Origin: Bryobacteraceae bacterium
Lineage (GTDB): Bacteria > Acidobacteriota > Terriglobia > Bryobacterales > Bryobacteraceae
NCBI GenBank assembly: GCA_035319685.1
Contig: DATHCE010000220.1
Coordinates: 1-48,271 of the forward strand
Length of the DNA stretch: 48,271 bases
Reading direction: 5' to 3'
The notes beneath the pieces are model-generated. The model saw nothing but the letters and a program-made list of their open reading frames with translations. It ran no database searches and was not told the DNA's origin. Numbering within the stretch: position 1 is the first letter of the stretch; every line of letters begins with the position of its first letter. A program made the position numbers and the translations under genes. Shown here piece after piece: positions 1 through 8,884 of the stretch.

Positions 1-267
1 TCCGCTCAGGTTCTTATGCTGCTCCAACCATTGCTGCGCTTCCACGATTTCCAGAGGATAGGTGGACGCAGCCAGAATCTGACCGAGCAAAGGGTCTGGA
101 TAGAGCGCAATCGGCGCCACCAGATTGTCGAGCTGATCCGCGGTCAGCATCGGCGCGGCTGGCGGCTCGGTAGGCGGAGGAGGCTCCTGCGCGCCGGCGA
201 ATCCCGCCAGTGCCAGACACAAGATCGAGGCTGTTACAACCCGCCTCCGCGGACTCAGAAGGTTCAT
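1..267 (-). CDS. DUF3300-like secreted protein, 5' part only (gene continues past the left edge)
   Basis: Absent from the ORF track because there is no stop in the window. ATG at 267-265 on the minus strand. Translation is MNLLSPRRRVVTASILCLALAGFAGAQEPPPP..LTADQLDNLVAPIALYPDPLLGQILAASTYPLEIVEAQQW. It has a signal peptide plus the LVAPIALYPD and TYP..EIV motifs I associate with DUF3300. Confidence 0.7.
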   Translation of the reverse strand, partial: MNLLSPRRRVVTASILCLALAGFAGAQEPPPPTEPPAAPMLTADQLDNLVAPIALYPDPLLGQILAASTYPLEIVEAQQWLEQHKNLSG

Positions 268-326
268 ACCATCGCCTCCATGAATTTAGATGCGCAAATT
301 TAGCGCTGCGTTGCGGTTTCTAAGGC

Positions 327-1190
327 TTACTCCACCTGAAATGGTTCGCGCGACTCCACGTTCTGGTTGCCGACCTTGTCGCGCATGATAATCACGAGCG
401 TGTACTCCCCTTTCGGCACATTGTCGTCGAGATGCAAACTGAGCACCCCGGGCACGTAGCGCTGTGGATAAAAGGATTCGCTCGCGTCCTCGGCGGCGAC
501 CAGTTGCGCGAACATGCGCTGGCCCGCCGCATTGACGATCGCCAGCCCGTAGTCGACCGAAAAATGATTCTTGTCTCCGAACCGGAACCCGGTCATGTCG
601 AAACGCGCCCACAGCATATCGCCGGGATGATAAATCGCGGGATGCATCGGAACTTTATCGTCCTCGGCGCGCACGAATTCGAAATTCCGCGCGACCAGTG
701 TGTCGCTCGGCTCCACGTCGTGCCCGCGGACGCGAAACGTCAGTTCCACGCTTGCGTCGGCGCCGGCCACTTCATCACGGACCTTCACCGGAATGTGATA
801 CGTTCCGCTGGGCGCGAACGCCGGCACCATGAAGTTCGCCGTAAACTTCGGCGTCCAGTCCTTATCCTGCGGCGAAACCCCCTCGGCGATGCTGCCGGAT
901 TGGTCCTTTTCTATGGGCACGCCCGAGGGATCGAGCGCCCGGACCGTCCACGTCAGGTGGACGCTTTGCTTTTCGTCTTTCTGGAGGATTTTATAACCGG
1001 CGACGTGGCAACTGAAATGGATGGCCTCGCCCGGGACGAATTCGTAGTTCGCGGCCAGATCCGGTCCGTCCTCGAACTGGTGCAGCGCCGCGCGCTCGAT
1101 GACCGGTATTTTCGATTGGGCCGCGGCAAAAACCGCGAGAAAAATAGCGAGGACGATGCCGGCGCCGGATCGTGCGGCTACTTTGAAGGC
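327..1190 (-). CDS. secreted hypothetical protein with two tandem beta-sandwich-like halves; start codon unresolved
   Basis: This is the C-terminal ~287 codons of track ORF 327..2354. The upstream part of that ORF is antisense to the methyltransferase gene and is not credible. The signal-peptide-like stretch KVAARSGAGIVLAIFLAVFAAAQS starts at about 1184. Two internally similar halves are visible (..ANYEFVPGEAIHF.. and ..ARNFEFVRAEDDK..). There is no in-frame ATG, GTG or TTG near the signal peptide. Confidence 0.6.
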   Translation of the reverse strand, partial: AFKVAARSGAGIVLAIFLAVFAAAQSKIPVIERAALHQFEDGPDLAANYEFVPGEAIHFSCHVAGYKILQKDEKQSVHLTWTVRALDPSGVPIEKDQSGSIAEGVSPQDKDWTPKFTANFMVPAFAPSGTYHIPVKVRDEVAGADASVELTFRVRGHDVEPSDTLVARNFEFVRAEDDKVPMHPAIYHPGDMLWARFDMTGFRFGDKNHFSVDYGLAIVNAAGQRMFAQLVAAEDASESFYPQRYVPGVLSLHLDDNVPKGEYTLVIIMRDKVGNQNVESREPFQVE

Positions 1191-1714
1191 ACAATCGGAG
1201 TCTCGGTGTTGCTGTCGGTATCCATTCGCAACGGAATCTCCACCCAGGCGTATTTCTCGCTTCCTGGCGTGCCGCCGTCGGTCAACCGCAGCCGGTACGA
1301 GGTCAGCGGAACGTCGAAGATCAGGCGCCCCAGCTGCGTCTCCGCCGGCGTGATGTTGCGCAATATCCCGAACCAGTTGTCCACTCCCTCGCCGTTGTCC
1401 AATTCCTGAAACGTCTCGTTGTTCTGATTTTCCAGTTGCAGCAGGGGCACGGAAATTTCCTTTCCGCCGCTGTTGGTGACCGAAACCGTGACCAGCAGAA
1501 AGCGCTGCTGTGGGAACCGCAGCCTGAATCCGTCGCCTAATTGACTTCGCCACGTGGTTTCGACAACATTGTATGTCAATGGACCGACGGCCACTCGCTC
1601 GCCCATCTGATAACTCAGCCGATTGTCGCGCCTGGCGCCGCAGCCGGCGAATCCAAAGCACACCGCAACCGTGAGGATGATGAAAAGCTCCGGGCGTTTT
1701 GACATGATGACCAT
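1178..1714 (-). CDS. DUF4352-like lipoprotein
   Basis: 178-aa ORF with a basic N-terminus followed by the lipobox FGFAGC. The mature part (FLLVTVSVTNSGGKEISVPLLQLEN..) resembles DUF4352 Ig-like proteins. Its TAG stop overlaps the start region of the next gene. Confidence 0.65.
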   Translation of the reverse strand: MVIMSKRPELFIILTVAVCFGFAGCGARRDNRLSYQMGERVAVGPLTYNVVETTWRSQLGDGFRLRFPQQRFLLVTVSVTNSGGKEISVPLLQLENQNNETFQELDNGEGVDNWFGILRNITPAETQLGRLIFDVPLTSYRLRLTDGGTPGSEKYAWVEIPLRMDTDSNTETPIVPSK

Positions 1715-1748
1715 CCCACAATTTAGCCGTTATTCGGTGCAAAGGCAA

Positions 1749-2417
1749 ATGCGGGCGCTGCTCGCGCTCGCTTTGATCTTCGCATTGGCGGTTCCCGGCC
1801 TGGCCTTCCAGCAAGTCCAGCCGCTCACCGGACGGCGGATCGCTCCGGTCATGGGCGCCGGCGGCGCGGATTGGCTCGAACGGCCGGAGCGCGCGATGGA
1901 AGAAAATCCGGAAGGCGCGCTCGATGCGTTGAACCTCAAGCCGGGCATGGTGGTCGGCGACGTCGGCGCCGGCACCGGATATATGTCGCTGCGGATCGCC
2001 CGGCGCGTCGGGCCGTCGGGCAAGGTTTATGCCGAGGAAGTGCAACTGGAGATGCTGCGCTTCCTGCGCCAGAATGCGGCCAATGCGAAGGTCACGAATA
2101 TCGAAACCGTGCTCGGGACGGTGACCGATCCGAAACTGCCGGCCGGACAACTGGACCTGATCCTCCTGGTGGATGTGTATCACGAATTTTCGCAGCCGCA
2201 AAAAATGCTGCGCCGGATGCGCGATGCGTTGAAGCCCGACGGCCGCCTGGTTCTGCTCGAATACCGCAAGGAAGATCCCTCTATTCCGATTCTTCCGGAG
2301 CACAAGATGAGCGTCCAGGAGGTGGAGACCGAAGTGGAAGCGGAAGGTTTTCATTTAGCCGACGTGATCGAAACGCTGCCGCGCCAGCACATCATTATCA
2401 TGACCAAAACGCCCTGA
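1749..2417 (+). CDS. class I SAM-dependent methyltransferase with N-terminal signal peptide or anchor
   Basis: Motif I VGDVGAGTGYMS, then VYAEEV and LILLVDVYHEF. The start is set at ATG 1749 (MRALLALALIFALAVPGLAFQ). ATG 1704 and 1707 are alternatives. Confidence 0.8.
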   Translation: MRALLALALIFALAVPGLAFQQVQPLTGRRIAPVMGAGGADWLERPERAMEENPEGALDALNLKPGMVVGDVGAGTGYMSLRIARRVGPSGKVYAEEVQLEMLRFLRQNAANAKVTNIETVLGTVTDPKLPAGQLDLILLVDVYHEFSQPQKMLRRMRDALKPDGRLVLLEYRKEDPSIPILPEHKMSVQEVETEVEAEGFHLADVIETLPRQHIIIMTKTP

Positions 2418-3193
2418 TGGATGCGATCCGTCTCCATCGAGTCACCAAAACGTTCGGCGATTACACCGCAGTCCGCAATATCGACCTCGCGGCGCGCGCC
2501 GGTTCGTTCGTTTCCGTCGTCGGGCCCAGCGGCTGCGGAAAATCGACGCTTTTGAACCTCGCCGCCGGATTGACCGCCTGCACCGCAGGCTCCGTTTCCG
2601 TCTTCGATGAGCCGCTCGGCGGATTAAATCGCCGCGCCGGGTACATGTTCCAGCAGGACGCGCTGCTGCCCTGGAAAACCGTGTTGGGAAACGTCGCGGC
2701 CGGTCTGCGTTTTCGCGGCGAGGATGCCAGTCGCGCGGAAAAAGAGGCGCGCGACTGGATCGCCCGCGTAGGACTCGATCGTTTCACCAACGCCTTTCCG
2801 TCTCAATTGAGCGGCGGAATGCGCAAGCGCGTTGCCCTGGCGCAAAGCTGGATCGTCAATCCCGACATTCTCCTGATGGACGAACCGTTCAGCGCGCTCG
2901 ACGTCCACACCCGGCTCCGCATGGAGACGGAGCTGCTCGCCCTGTGGACCGAATCGGGGAAAACCGTGCTGTTCGTCACCCACGATCTCGAAGAAGCGCT
3001 GGCGCTGTCCGATGACGTGGTGGTGCTCTCCGCCGGCCCGGCAAGTCACGTGGTCAATCGCTACCAGGTCGATCTCGGGCGCCCTCGCGACCTGATCGAC
3101 ATCCGCACCGAGCCTCGTTTCGGCGAGCTGTATCGCCGCATCTGGGCCGAGCTCAAACAGGAGGTGCTCGCCAGCTATGAACGCGAAGGCTAA
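2417..3193 (+). CDS. ABC transporter ATP-binding protein, NitT/TauT (nitrate/sulfonate/taurine) type
   Basis: Walker A GPSGCGKST, signature LSGGMRKR and Walker B LLMDEPFSALD. The ATG overlaps the upstream TGA (cTGATGg). Confidence 0.9.
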   Translation: MDAIRLHRVTKTFGDYTAVRNIDLAARAGSFVSVVGPSGCGKSTLLNLAAGLTACTAGSVSVFDEPLGGLNRRAGYMFQQDALLPWKTVLGNVAAGLRFRGEDASRAEKEARDWIARVGLDRFTNAFPSQLSGGMRKRVALAQSWIVNPDILLMDEPFSALDVHTRLRMETELLALWTESGKTVLFVTHDLEEALALSDDVVVLSAGPASHVVNRYQVDLGRPRDLIDIRTEPRFGELYRRIWAELKQEVLASYEREG

Positions 3194-3932
3194 AATCCTG
3201 ATCGGCCAGATCGCGCTCGGCGTGGCGCTCCTCGCCGCCTGGCAGGAGCTGGTCAACGCCGGGAAACTCGACAAATTTTTCTTCAGCCGGCCGAGCGATA
3301 TCGCCTTGCGGATCGTTCAATGGTTCCGCTCCGGCTCCATCTGGCCGCATCTGATCGTCACCATAGAGGAAGCGGCGCTCGCCTTTGTGTTGGGCGCGGC
3401 GTCCGGAGTCGTGCTCGGATTCGCGCTCGCGCGGTCGCCCAGACTGAGCTCGCTGCTCGATCCCTACATTCGCGTGGTCAACGCCTTGCCGCGCGTCGTC
3501 CTCGCGCCGATTTTTCTGCTCTGGTTCGGACTCGGCATCTGGTCGAAAATCGCGCTCGGCATCACCGTCGTGTTCTTCATCGTGTTTTTCAACACGCACC
3601 AGGGCGTGCGCGACGTCGACCGCGTCATCCTCGACAATGCGCGCATGCTCGGCGCGTCGGAATGGCAGCTCACCCGCCACGTCCTGGTCCCGAGCGCGCT
3701 CACCTGGGTCTTCTCGAGCCTGCACATCAGCATCGGATTCGCCATGATCGCGGTCGTCGTGGGTGAGTACCTCGGCGCCGCGCGCGGCGTGGGATATCTC
3801 ATCTCTCAAGCCGAGGGAACCTTCGACACTACGGGAGTCTTCGCGGGCATGGCCGTGTTGAGCGCGGTCGTCCTGTTAGTCGGCTGGGGCGTCGATCATC
3901 TCGAGCGGCGTCTTCTGCGATGGAAACAATGA
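3177..3932 (+). CDS. ABC transporter permease, NitT/TauT type
   Basis: 251-aa hydrophobic ORF with multiple TM segments and an EAA-like loop (NARMLGASEWQLTRHVLVPSAL). It overlaps the ATPase gene by 17 nt. Confidence 0.85.
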   Translation: MNAKAKILIGQIALGVALLAAWQELVNAGKLDKFFFSRPSDIALRIVQWFRSGSIWPHLIVTIEEAALAFVLGAASGVVLGFALARSPRLSSLLDPYIRVVNALPRVVLAPIFLLWFGLGIWSKIALGITVVFFIVFFNTHQGVRDVDRVILDNARMLGASEWQLTRHVLVPSALTWVFSSLHISIGFAMIAVVVGEYLGAARGVGYLISQAEGTFDTTGVFAGMAVLSAVVLLVGWGVDHLERRLLRWKQ

Positions 3933-4909
3933 AGCGCCTGTGTGCCTTCGTGTGCATTTTCCTGGCGTCGTGCGCGAAGCACCCGAGGGCTACGCAGATT
4001 CGCTTCGCCGTCCAACCGCCTTCGACCAACAATTACCCGAGCCATCTCGCCCAATGGCTCGGATTTTATAAAGACGAAGGACTCGACGTCGCCATTTCGC
4101 AGATCGCCGGAGCGTCGAAGGTGCTCGAAGCTCTGGTCGGCGCGAGTGCGGACGTCGCCGGCGGCGTGTATGAGCAGAGCGTGCAGATGGCCGCCGAGGG
4201 GCGCGACGTGGTCAGTTTCGTGTGCCTGATTCGCTCGCCGAATTTCGCGCTGCTGGCGATGCCCGGGCGCGGCGTCGAAACCGTCGCCGATCTGAAAGGC
4301 AAAATCGCCGGAGTTTCTTCGGCCGGATCGCCGTCGCAGTTTTACCTGAATCATTTGCTCGCTCGGTCCGGAATTGCTCCCGGCGATGTGGGCGCAACGG
4401 CCATCGGCATGGGAGCGACCGCGGTCGCGGCGGCCGAGCGGGGCCAGGTCGATGCGGCCATGCTGTTCGGCAGCGCGATTACCGCGCTCCAAACGCGCCA
4501 TCCCAGCGCCGTGATCCTGGCCGATACGCGGACGCCCGAGGGTTTGCGCGCCGTCTTCGGCGTGGACGATTACCCGGCGTCGTGTCTACTGGCTCGAAGA
4601 GCCTGGCTCGATGCGAATCCCGAGGCCGCCCGCAAGATGGCGCGGGCCATCCTCAGATCGCTTCAGTGGATTCGCGGGCATTCGGCGGAGGAAATTTTGG
4701 CCGCCGTGCCCCCGGAATTTCGCGTCGGCGATCCCGCCGCGGAACTCGCCGCCATTCGCCTCGCCAAGCCGATGTATTCCGTTGACGGCCGCATCCGTCC
4801 GGAAAGCGCGGAGGCCGTGAAGAAAGTTCTCGCCGGATCACTGGAAAACGTTCGCGGCGCGAACATCGATCTGTCAAAGACCTACACGAACGAATTTGTT
4901 CAGCCGTAA
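3920..4909 (+). CDS. ABC transporter substrate-binding lipoprotein (NMT1/THI5-SsuA-like)
   Basis: Lipobox FLASC and the periplasmic-binding-protein pattern of sulfonate/nitrate-type SBPs. The alternative start ATG 3929 gives an ATGA overlap with the permease stop. Confidence 0.8.
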   Translation: METMKRLCAFVCIFLASCAKHPRATQIRFAVQPPSTNNYPSHLAQWLGFYKDEGLDVAISQIAGASKVLEALVGASADVAGGVYEQSVQMAAEGRDVVSFVCLIRSPNFALLAMPGRGVETVADLKGKIAGVSSAGSPSQFYLNHLLARSGIAPGDVGATAIGMGATAVAAAERGQVDAAMLFGSAITALQTRHPSAVILADTRTPEGLRAVFGVDDYPASCLLARRAWLDANPEAARKMARAILRSLQWIRGHSAEEILAAVPPEFRVGDPAAELAAIRLAKPMYSVDGRIRPESAEAVKKVLAGSLENVRGANIDLSKTYTNEFVQP

Positions 4910-4987
4910 TTGAGGGGTCCGTGCGATCGCTTCGTGGAACCCCGCCGCGCGCAGCATGCTGCCCTTGCCGCTCAACGGAATCGTCAA

Positions 4988-5014
4988 GCCCCGCCTGTGT
5001 GAAGGCGGGGTTTC
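4988..5014 (+). terminator. GC-rich hairpin between convergent genes
   Basis: gccccgcct-gtgtga-aggcggggt followed by ttt. It lies between the SBP gene (ends 4909) and the nitrilase gene (ends 5077). The T tract is short. Confidence 0.35.
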
Positions 5015-5076
5015 CAATGGACCCGAACCCACCTTCTCGATTTCCGCTGCGAATTTGTGGACTCTAGCCCTGCGGC

Positions 5077-5985
5077 TCAGCCTTGCTCATTGACGATCAG
5101 CCGAAACACGTCGGGCCGGGCATAATGTCCCACCACATCCAGATCGTATTTCCCTTCGACGATTTCGTCGAGATTCAGATCGGCTGTCAGGATCGCCTCG
5201 CCGTCGTAATTCGGCCCGGTGAGCACCTGGCCCAGCGGACTCACGATGACGCTGCCGCCGCGGATCAGCACCGTCTTGGGATTGGCTCCCTGAATTGCCG
5301 GATAATCCGCCGGACAATCCCCGCGCTTCATATATTGGACCGCGCTCAACACGAAGCAGCGGCCTTCGAAGGCGATGTGCTGCATGGATCGCGCCCAGGT
5401 CTCGCGATCGTCCACCGTCGGCGCGCAATACAGCTCGATGCCCTTCGTATACATCGCCGTGCGCAGCAGCGGCATGTAGTTTTCCCAGCAGATCACCGCG
5501 CCGATTTTGCCGATCGGCGTATCGAAGACCGGCATGGTGGACCCGTCGCCCATGCCCCAGACGATCCGTTCCATCGCCGTCGGCATCAGCTTGCGATGCT
5601 TGCCCATCAGGTTGCCTTGCGGGTCGAAAAACAGGACGGTGCAATAGAGCGTCCCGCCCTCGCGCTCGATGACGCCGATCACCAGATAGAGCGCGTGGTC
5701 GCGCGCGATCCCGCCGAGCGCATCCACTCCGGGACCGGGTACGTCGACCGCGCTTTCGAAATATCGCCGGAACATGACGCGTCCTTCCGGCGTTCGTCCC
5801 CCGACGCGAGCCCCGAAATCGAGCCCCTTCGGATACCCGGAAATGAAAGCTTCCGGGAACACCGCAATCTGCGCGCCCTGTGCCGCAGCGTTCGCGCCTA
5901 GCGTACGAACTTTTTCAATGGTCGCGTCGGGATCAAACACCACCGGCGCAGCCTGAATCACCGCAGCTCGAACGATTTTCGCCAT
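5077..5985 (-). CDS. nitrilase / carbon-nitrogen hydrolase family protein
   Basis: Glu-Lys-Cys triad contexts are present: VFPEAF, HRKLMPT and CWENYMP. The length of 302 aa is typical of nitrilase/cyanide hydratase branch enzymes. Confidence 0.9.
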   Translation of the reverse strand: MAKIVRAAVIQAAPVVFDPDATIEKVRTLGANAAAQGAQIAVFPEAFISGYPKGLDFGARVGGRTPEGRVMFRRYFESAVDVPGPGVDALGGIARDHALYLVIGVIEREGGTLYCTVLFFDPQGNLMGKHRKLMPTAMERIVWGMGDGSTMPVFDTPIGKIGAVICWENYMPLLRTAMYTKGIELYCAPTVDDRETWARSMQHIAFEGRCFVLSAVQYMKRGDCPADYPAIQGANPKTVLIRGGSVIVSPLGQVLTGPNYDGEAILTADLNLDEIVEGKYDLDVVGHYARPDVFRLIVNEQG

Positions 5986-6166
5986 TCGACGCGATTATCG
6001 CATTGAGCGCTGCCACGCGACTATCCGGTAGTCGCTAAATCTGTAGCGCACTACCCGCGCGGTAGCGAGCTGCTGGGCCGAGGAGACGCCCGGTCTCCTG
6101 AGCAGCGCGTGGCTGCCGGGAGAATTAGGCCCACTACGGGCCGGGGTTCCTCCGAAAGTGGCATTT

Positions 6167-6222
6167 GGTGACAGTCACCTCAAAAACATGTATTTGACAG
6201 CATTATGGATTAAATGTCATAT
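6167..6222 (+). promoter_or_regulatory. candidate promoter/operator of the toxin-antitoxin operon
   Basis: Perfect palindrome GGTGAC-A-GTCACC at 6167-6179. TTGACA at 6194-6199, a 17-nt spacer, then TCATAT at 6217-6222. TGACA..TGTCA inverted repeats flank the spacer. This is a locally AT-rich pocket, and the GTG start at 6231 would leave almost no leader. Confidence 0.35.
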
Positions 6223-6230
6223 TTATAAGG

Positions 6231-6593
6231 GTGAGCTGGTTTGTTGAGATCGGCGATGAGTTTGAGCCGGAATTCGACGCGCTGCACGGGGACGTGCGGA
6301 CGGAAATCCTGGCTCTGGCGCGCCTGGTTCAGCAATTCGGTCCACAGCTTGGGCGGCCTCACGTTGATACGTTGAAAGCCTCGCGCCACAGGAACATGAA
6401 AGAGTTGCGGTTCGACGCGGCGGATGGAGTGTGGAGAGTGGCTTTTGCTTTCGACACAAAACGTAAAGCGATCCTGCTGGTTGCGGGCGATAAATCTGGC
6501 GGCAGCGAAAAGAAGTTCTATCGGGAGCTAATCCGCAAGGCCGATGACCGCTTCGACGCTCATGTGGCCCGGCTCAAAAAGGAAGGGAAGTAA
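6231..6593 (+). CDS. higB: type II toxin, RelE/ParE superfamily, HigB/Gp49-like (DUF891-like)
   Basis: GTG start, 120 aa. The pattern ..LKASRHRNMKELRFDAADGVWRVAFAFDTKRKAILLVAGDKSG.. is typical of Gp49-like HigB toxins. The toxin gene precedes an XRE antitoxin gene with a 3-nt gap. Confidence 0.8.
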   Translation: MSWFVEIGDEFEPEFDALHGDVRTEILALARLVQQFGPQLGRPHVDTLKASRHRNMKELRFDAADGVWRVAFAFDTKRKAILLVAGDKSGGSEKKFYRELIRKADDRFDAHVARLKKEGK

Positions 6594-6596
6594 CCA

Positions 6597-6962
6597 ATGG
6601 CTGTGAATGTAAACGAGAAAATCAAGAAGCTGAGCCCGGCTCAGCGAAAGAAAGTGGAAGCCCGTGCGGCCGAGTTGATCGCCGAGGAGATGACGCTGCG
6701 CGAGCTACGCAGGGCCCGCAAGCTCACCCAAGTCCGCATGGCGAAAGCCCTGGGGGTGACTCAGGACAGTGTTTCCCGTTTGGAAAAGCGGAGTGATCTG
6801 CTGCTGTCAACGTTGCGAAAGACCGTCGCGGCGATGGGCGGCAACTTGTCTCTGGTTGCGGAGTTTCCAGACCGTGCGCCGGTCGTGATCGCGGGTATCG
6901 CGGCTGATGATCTGGCACCCAAGCCTTCCGGGCGGCGGCACGACACGCCTGACCGGGAATGA
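6597..6962 (+). CDS. higA: XRE-family helix-turn-helix antitoxin (HigA-like)
   Basis: HTH segment LRELRRARKLTQVRMAKALGVTQDSVSRLEKR. 121 aa, immediately downstream of the toxin gene. Confidence 0.8.
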   Translation: MAVNVNEKIKKLSPAQRKKVEARAAELIAEEMTLRELRRARKLTQVRMAKALGVTQDSVSRLEKRSDLLLSTLRKTVAAMGGNLSLVAEFPDRAPVVIAGIAADDLAPKPSGRRHDTPDRE

Positions 6963-7379
6963 TCGGGCGTGCTGGCGCAGATCCCGGTCTCAAAGTGACC
7001 GCGCGAACCTCCGCGTTCGCCTTCCGCGGCAAAGGGAGGCGATCTGACAAGCGTCGCGCGCGGGCGTCACCGATCAAAAAATTTGCTAAATTTCCAGCAT
7101 CCTCAATCACATCGCGTTTTCACCGGCCGCCAATCTTCCGCGGCCCGTTTACTCTACCGTCAGAGAGGTTGGCGCGCTCATTCGGCCACCAGCCCACCGC
7201 GAGGCGATAAGTTCTCGAGACTCTGCCGCCGCAACGTAAGACGCGATGTCGTATGAACACGATTCGCAGACGAATGGGCGCTGATCAGCGAGCGTAAGAG
7301 CTGGTCCCTAGCCTCCCGGGTGACGGATGGCTAAAACGACCGGTCGTTTGAATAAAGTCGCTGGAATAAAAAGGAGCAC

Positions 7380-7853
7380 TTATCGCAGATAGCGCCGCCA
7401 CAGAGTTTCCGGGTGCGGATCGAATACCGTCGCGGCATCGCCGTGAACCATTTTCCAGAGGCCCAGCGCGATCTCATCGGTCAATTGCTGCGCCGACCAT
7501 CCCACATATCCGGCATACACGCGCGAAGCTGAGTCTTTCGGAATCTCCGATTTTTTCGAAACCAGATACACGTCGCCCAAAATGCGCTCCGCGCCGGCCG
7601 GTTTGATGCGCGATCGAATGAGAGCCCGCGTCCCCAGCGGGATCGGCCCGCCAAAGTAGATCGATTGTTCGCGCGGGCGATTGAGAATCAATCCCATCAC
7701 GCCATCGCGATCCGAATGGATCACTAAAATCACCGAGCGCGCAAGATCGGGATCGTGCGATTTTTCCGTCGCGGCCAGAATCGAGCCGATGGCCGGTAGA
7801 TTCGTCTTCCCGATCTGTTGCGCGAGCGCGAGCAGCAGAATTATTCCTGACAC
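7380..7853 (-). CDS. YqgE/AlgH family protein (UPF0301)
   Basis: GLILNRP motif, ..YFGGP.. and ..RVYAGYVGWSAQQLTDEI..LWK, typical of the YqgE/AlgH family. Confidence 0.8.
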   Translation of the reverse strand: MSGIILLLALAQQIGKTNLPAIGSILAATEKSHDPDLARSVILVIHSDRDGVMGLILNRPREQSIYFGGPIPLGTRALIRSRIKPAGAERILGDVYLVSKKSEIPKDSASRVYAGYVGWSAQQLTDEIALGLWKMVHGDAATVFDPHPETLWRRYLR

Positions 7854-8872
7854 ATCAGCACGATCTTTCCGCTGACCGAAGCCCGTTCGAGCATTTCATG
7901 CGCGCGGCCGGCTCCGCGTAGCGGCAGGCGCTCTGCGACCACCGGACGAATCGATTTCTCTTGAAGCATCGCGAGCAATCCTGAGAGATCCTCGCGAAAC
8001 CATTCGGGGTGTTTCTTTTTCTCGGTCGTGATGCTGTACCAGCGCGCGGATTTTCCGGGAATCAGACCTGCCAACGCAAGCCATGCGAAGCTCGCTCCGG
8101 CGAGCAGCGGTCGCCGCCGTCCGCCTTCGATGGCCGCCGACATTCCGTAGCCGACGAATCGTCCGTGCGGCCCGAGCGCGCGATACGACCTCAACCAATT
8201 GCGCCCGCCGATCGGATCGAACACCGCATCGACGCCCCCTGGTTGCTCACTGAGTGCTCTCTCGACGAAATCTTCCGCTCGATAATCGATCGGAATCCCG
8301 CCGAGCGACGCGACCAGATCGTGTTTGCGCTTCGACGCCGTCGCCAACATTTTCAATCCATGCATCGCGCCGAGTTGCAGCGCGGCCGTTCCCACTCCGC
8401 CGGCGCCTCCGTGGATCAGCACGTTCTCGCCCTGCCGCATTTGCGCGATGCGATAAATCAATTGATACGCGGTGGTGTAGTTGAGAACCAGACTGACGGC
8501 TTCCGCCGGATCGAGTCCTTCGGGAACGCGCACCAGCTCCGATTCGGGCAAGACGATGTACCGGGAATATCCGCCGGTTTGAGTCAGCGCGGCGACCGAA
8601 TCGCCGGGGTGGAATCGAGCGGCGCCGGGTCCGCGGGATTCAACGGGTCCGCTGGATTCGACAATGCCAACAATATCGTAGCCGGGAGAATAGGGCAGCG
8701 GAGGAACGCCGGAATACAAGCCGCGGCGCATCAGCACGTCGGCGAAGGCGACGCCGCACGCGAGAATCCGGATGCGCAGCTCGTTGGCGCCGGGATCGCG
8801 CACGTCGTCTTCGACCACCCGGAACACCTCAGGTCCGCCGAGACCAGTCAGCACGACGCGCGTGTTTCGCAT
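7841..8872 (-). CDS. zinc-type alcohol dehydrogenase / quinone oxidoreductase (MDR superfamily, VAT-1-like)
   Basis: N-terminal GroES-like region (VRILACGVAFADVLMRRGLY..PLPYSPGYDIVG) and Rossmann motif IHGGAGGVG. It overlaps the yqgE-like gene by 13 nt. Confidence 0.85.
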   Translation of the reverse strand: MRNTRVVLTGLGGPEVFRVVEDDVRDPGANELRIRILACGVAFADVLMRRGLYSGVPPLPYSPGYDIVGIVESSGPVESRGPGAARFHPGDSVAALTQTGGYSRYIVLPESELVRVPEGLDPAEAVSLVLNYTTAYQLIYRIAQMRQGENVLIHGGAGGVGTAALQLGAMHGLKMLATASKRKHDLVASLGGIPIDYRAEDFVERALSEQPGGVDAVFDPIGGRNWLRSYRALGPHGRFVGYGMSAAIEGGRRRPLLAGASFAWLALAGLIPGKSARWYSITTEKKKHPEWFREDLSGLLAMLQEKSIRPVVAERLPLRGAGRAHEMLERASVSGKIVLMCQE

Positions 8873-8884
8873 CGTTGATTATCT

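Noticed and set aside
5986-6160. Series of short hairpins (gcgacta-tccgg-tagtcgc; gctgct..ggagac-gcccg-gtctcc..agcagc), considered as an ncRNA or tRNA-derived attachment site.
   Set aside because: The stems are real, but I could not fold them into any known RNA class or tRNA fragment. They may simply belong to the nitrilase promoter or 5' UTR.
6959-7210. 83-aa ORF after higA, considered as an intact gene.
   Set aside because: Only about 17 residues resemble anything (the ARTSAFAFRGK motif). The rest is Arg/Pro-rich nonsense. I treat it as a decayed fragment, not a gene.
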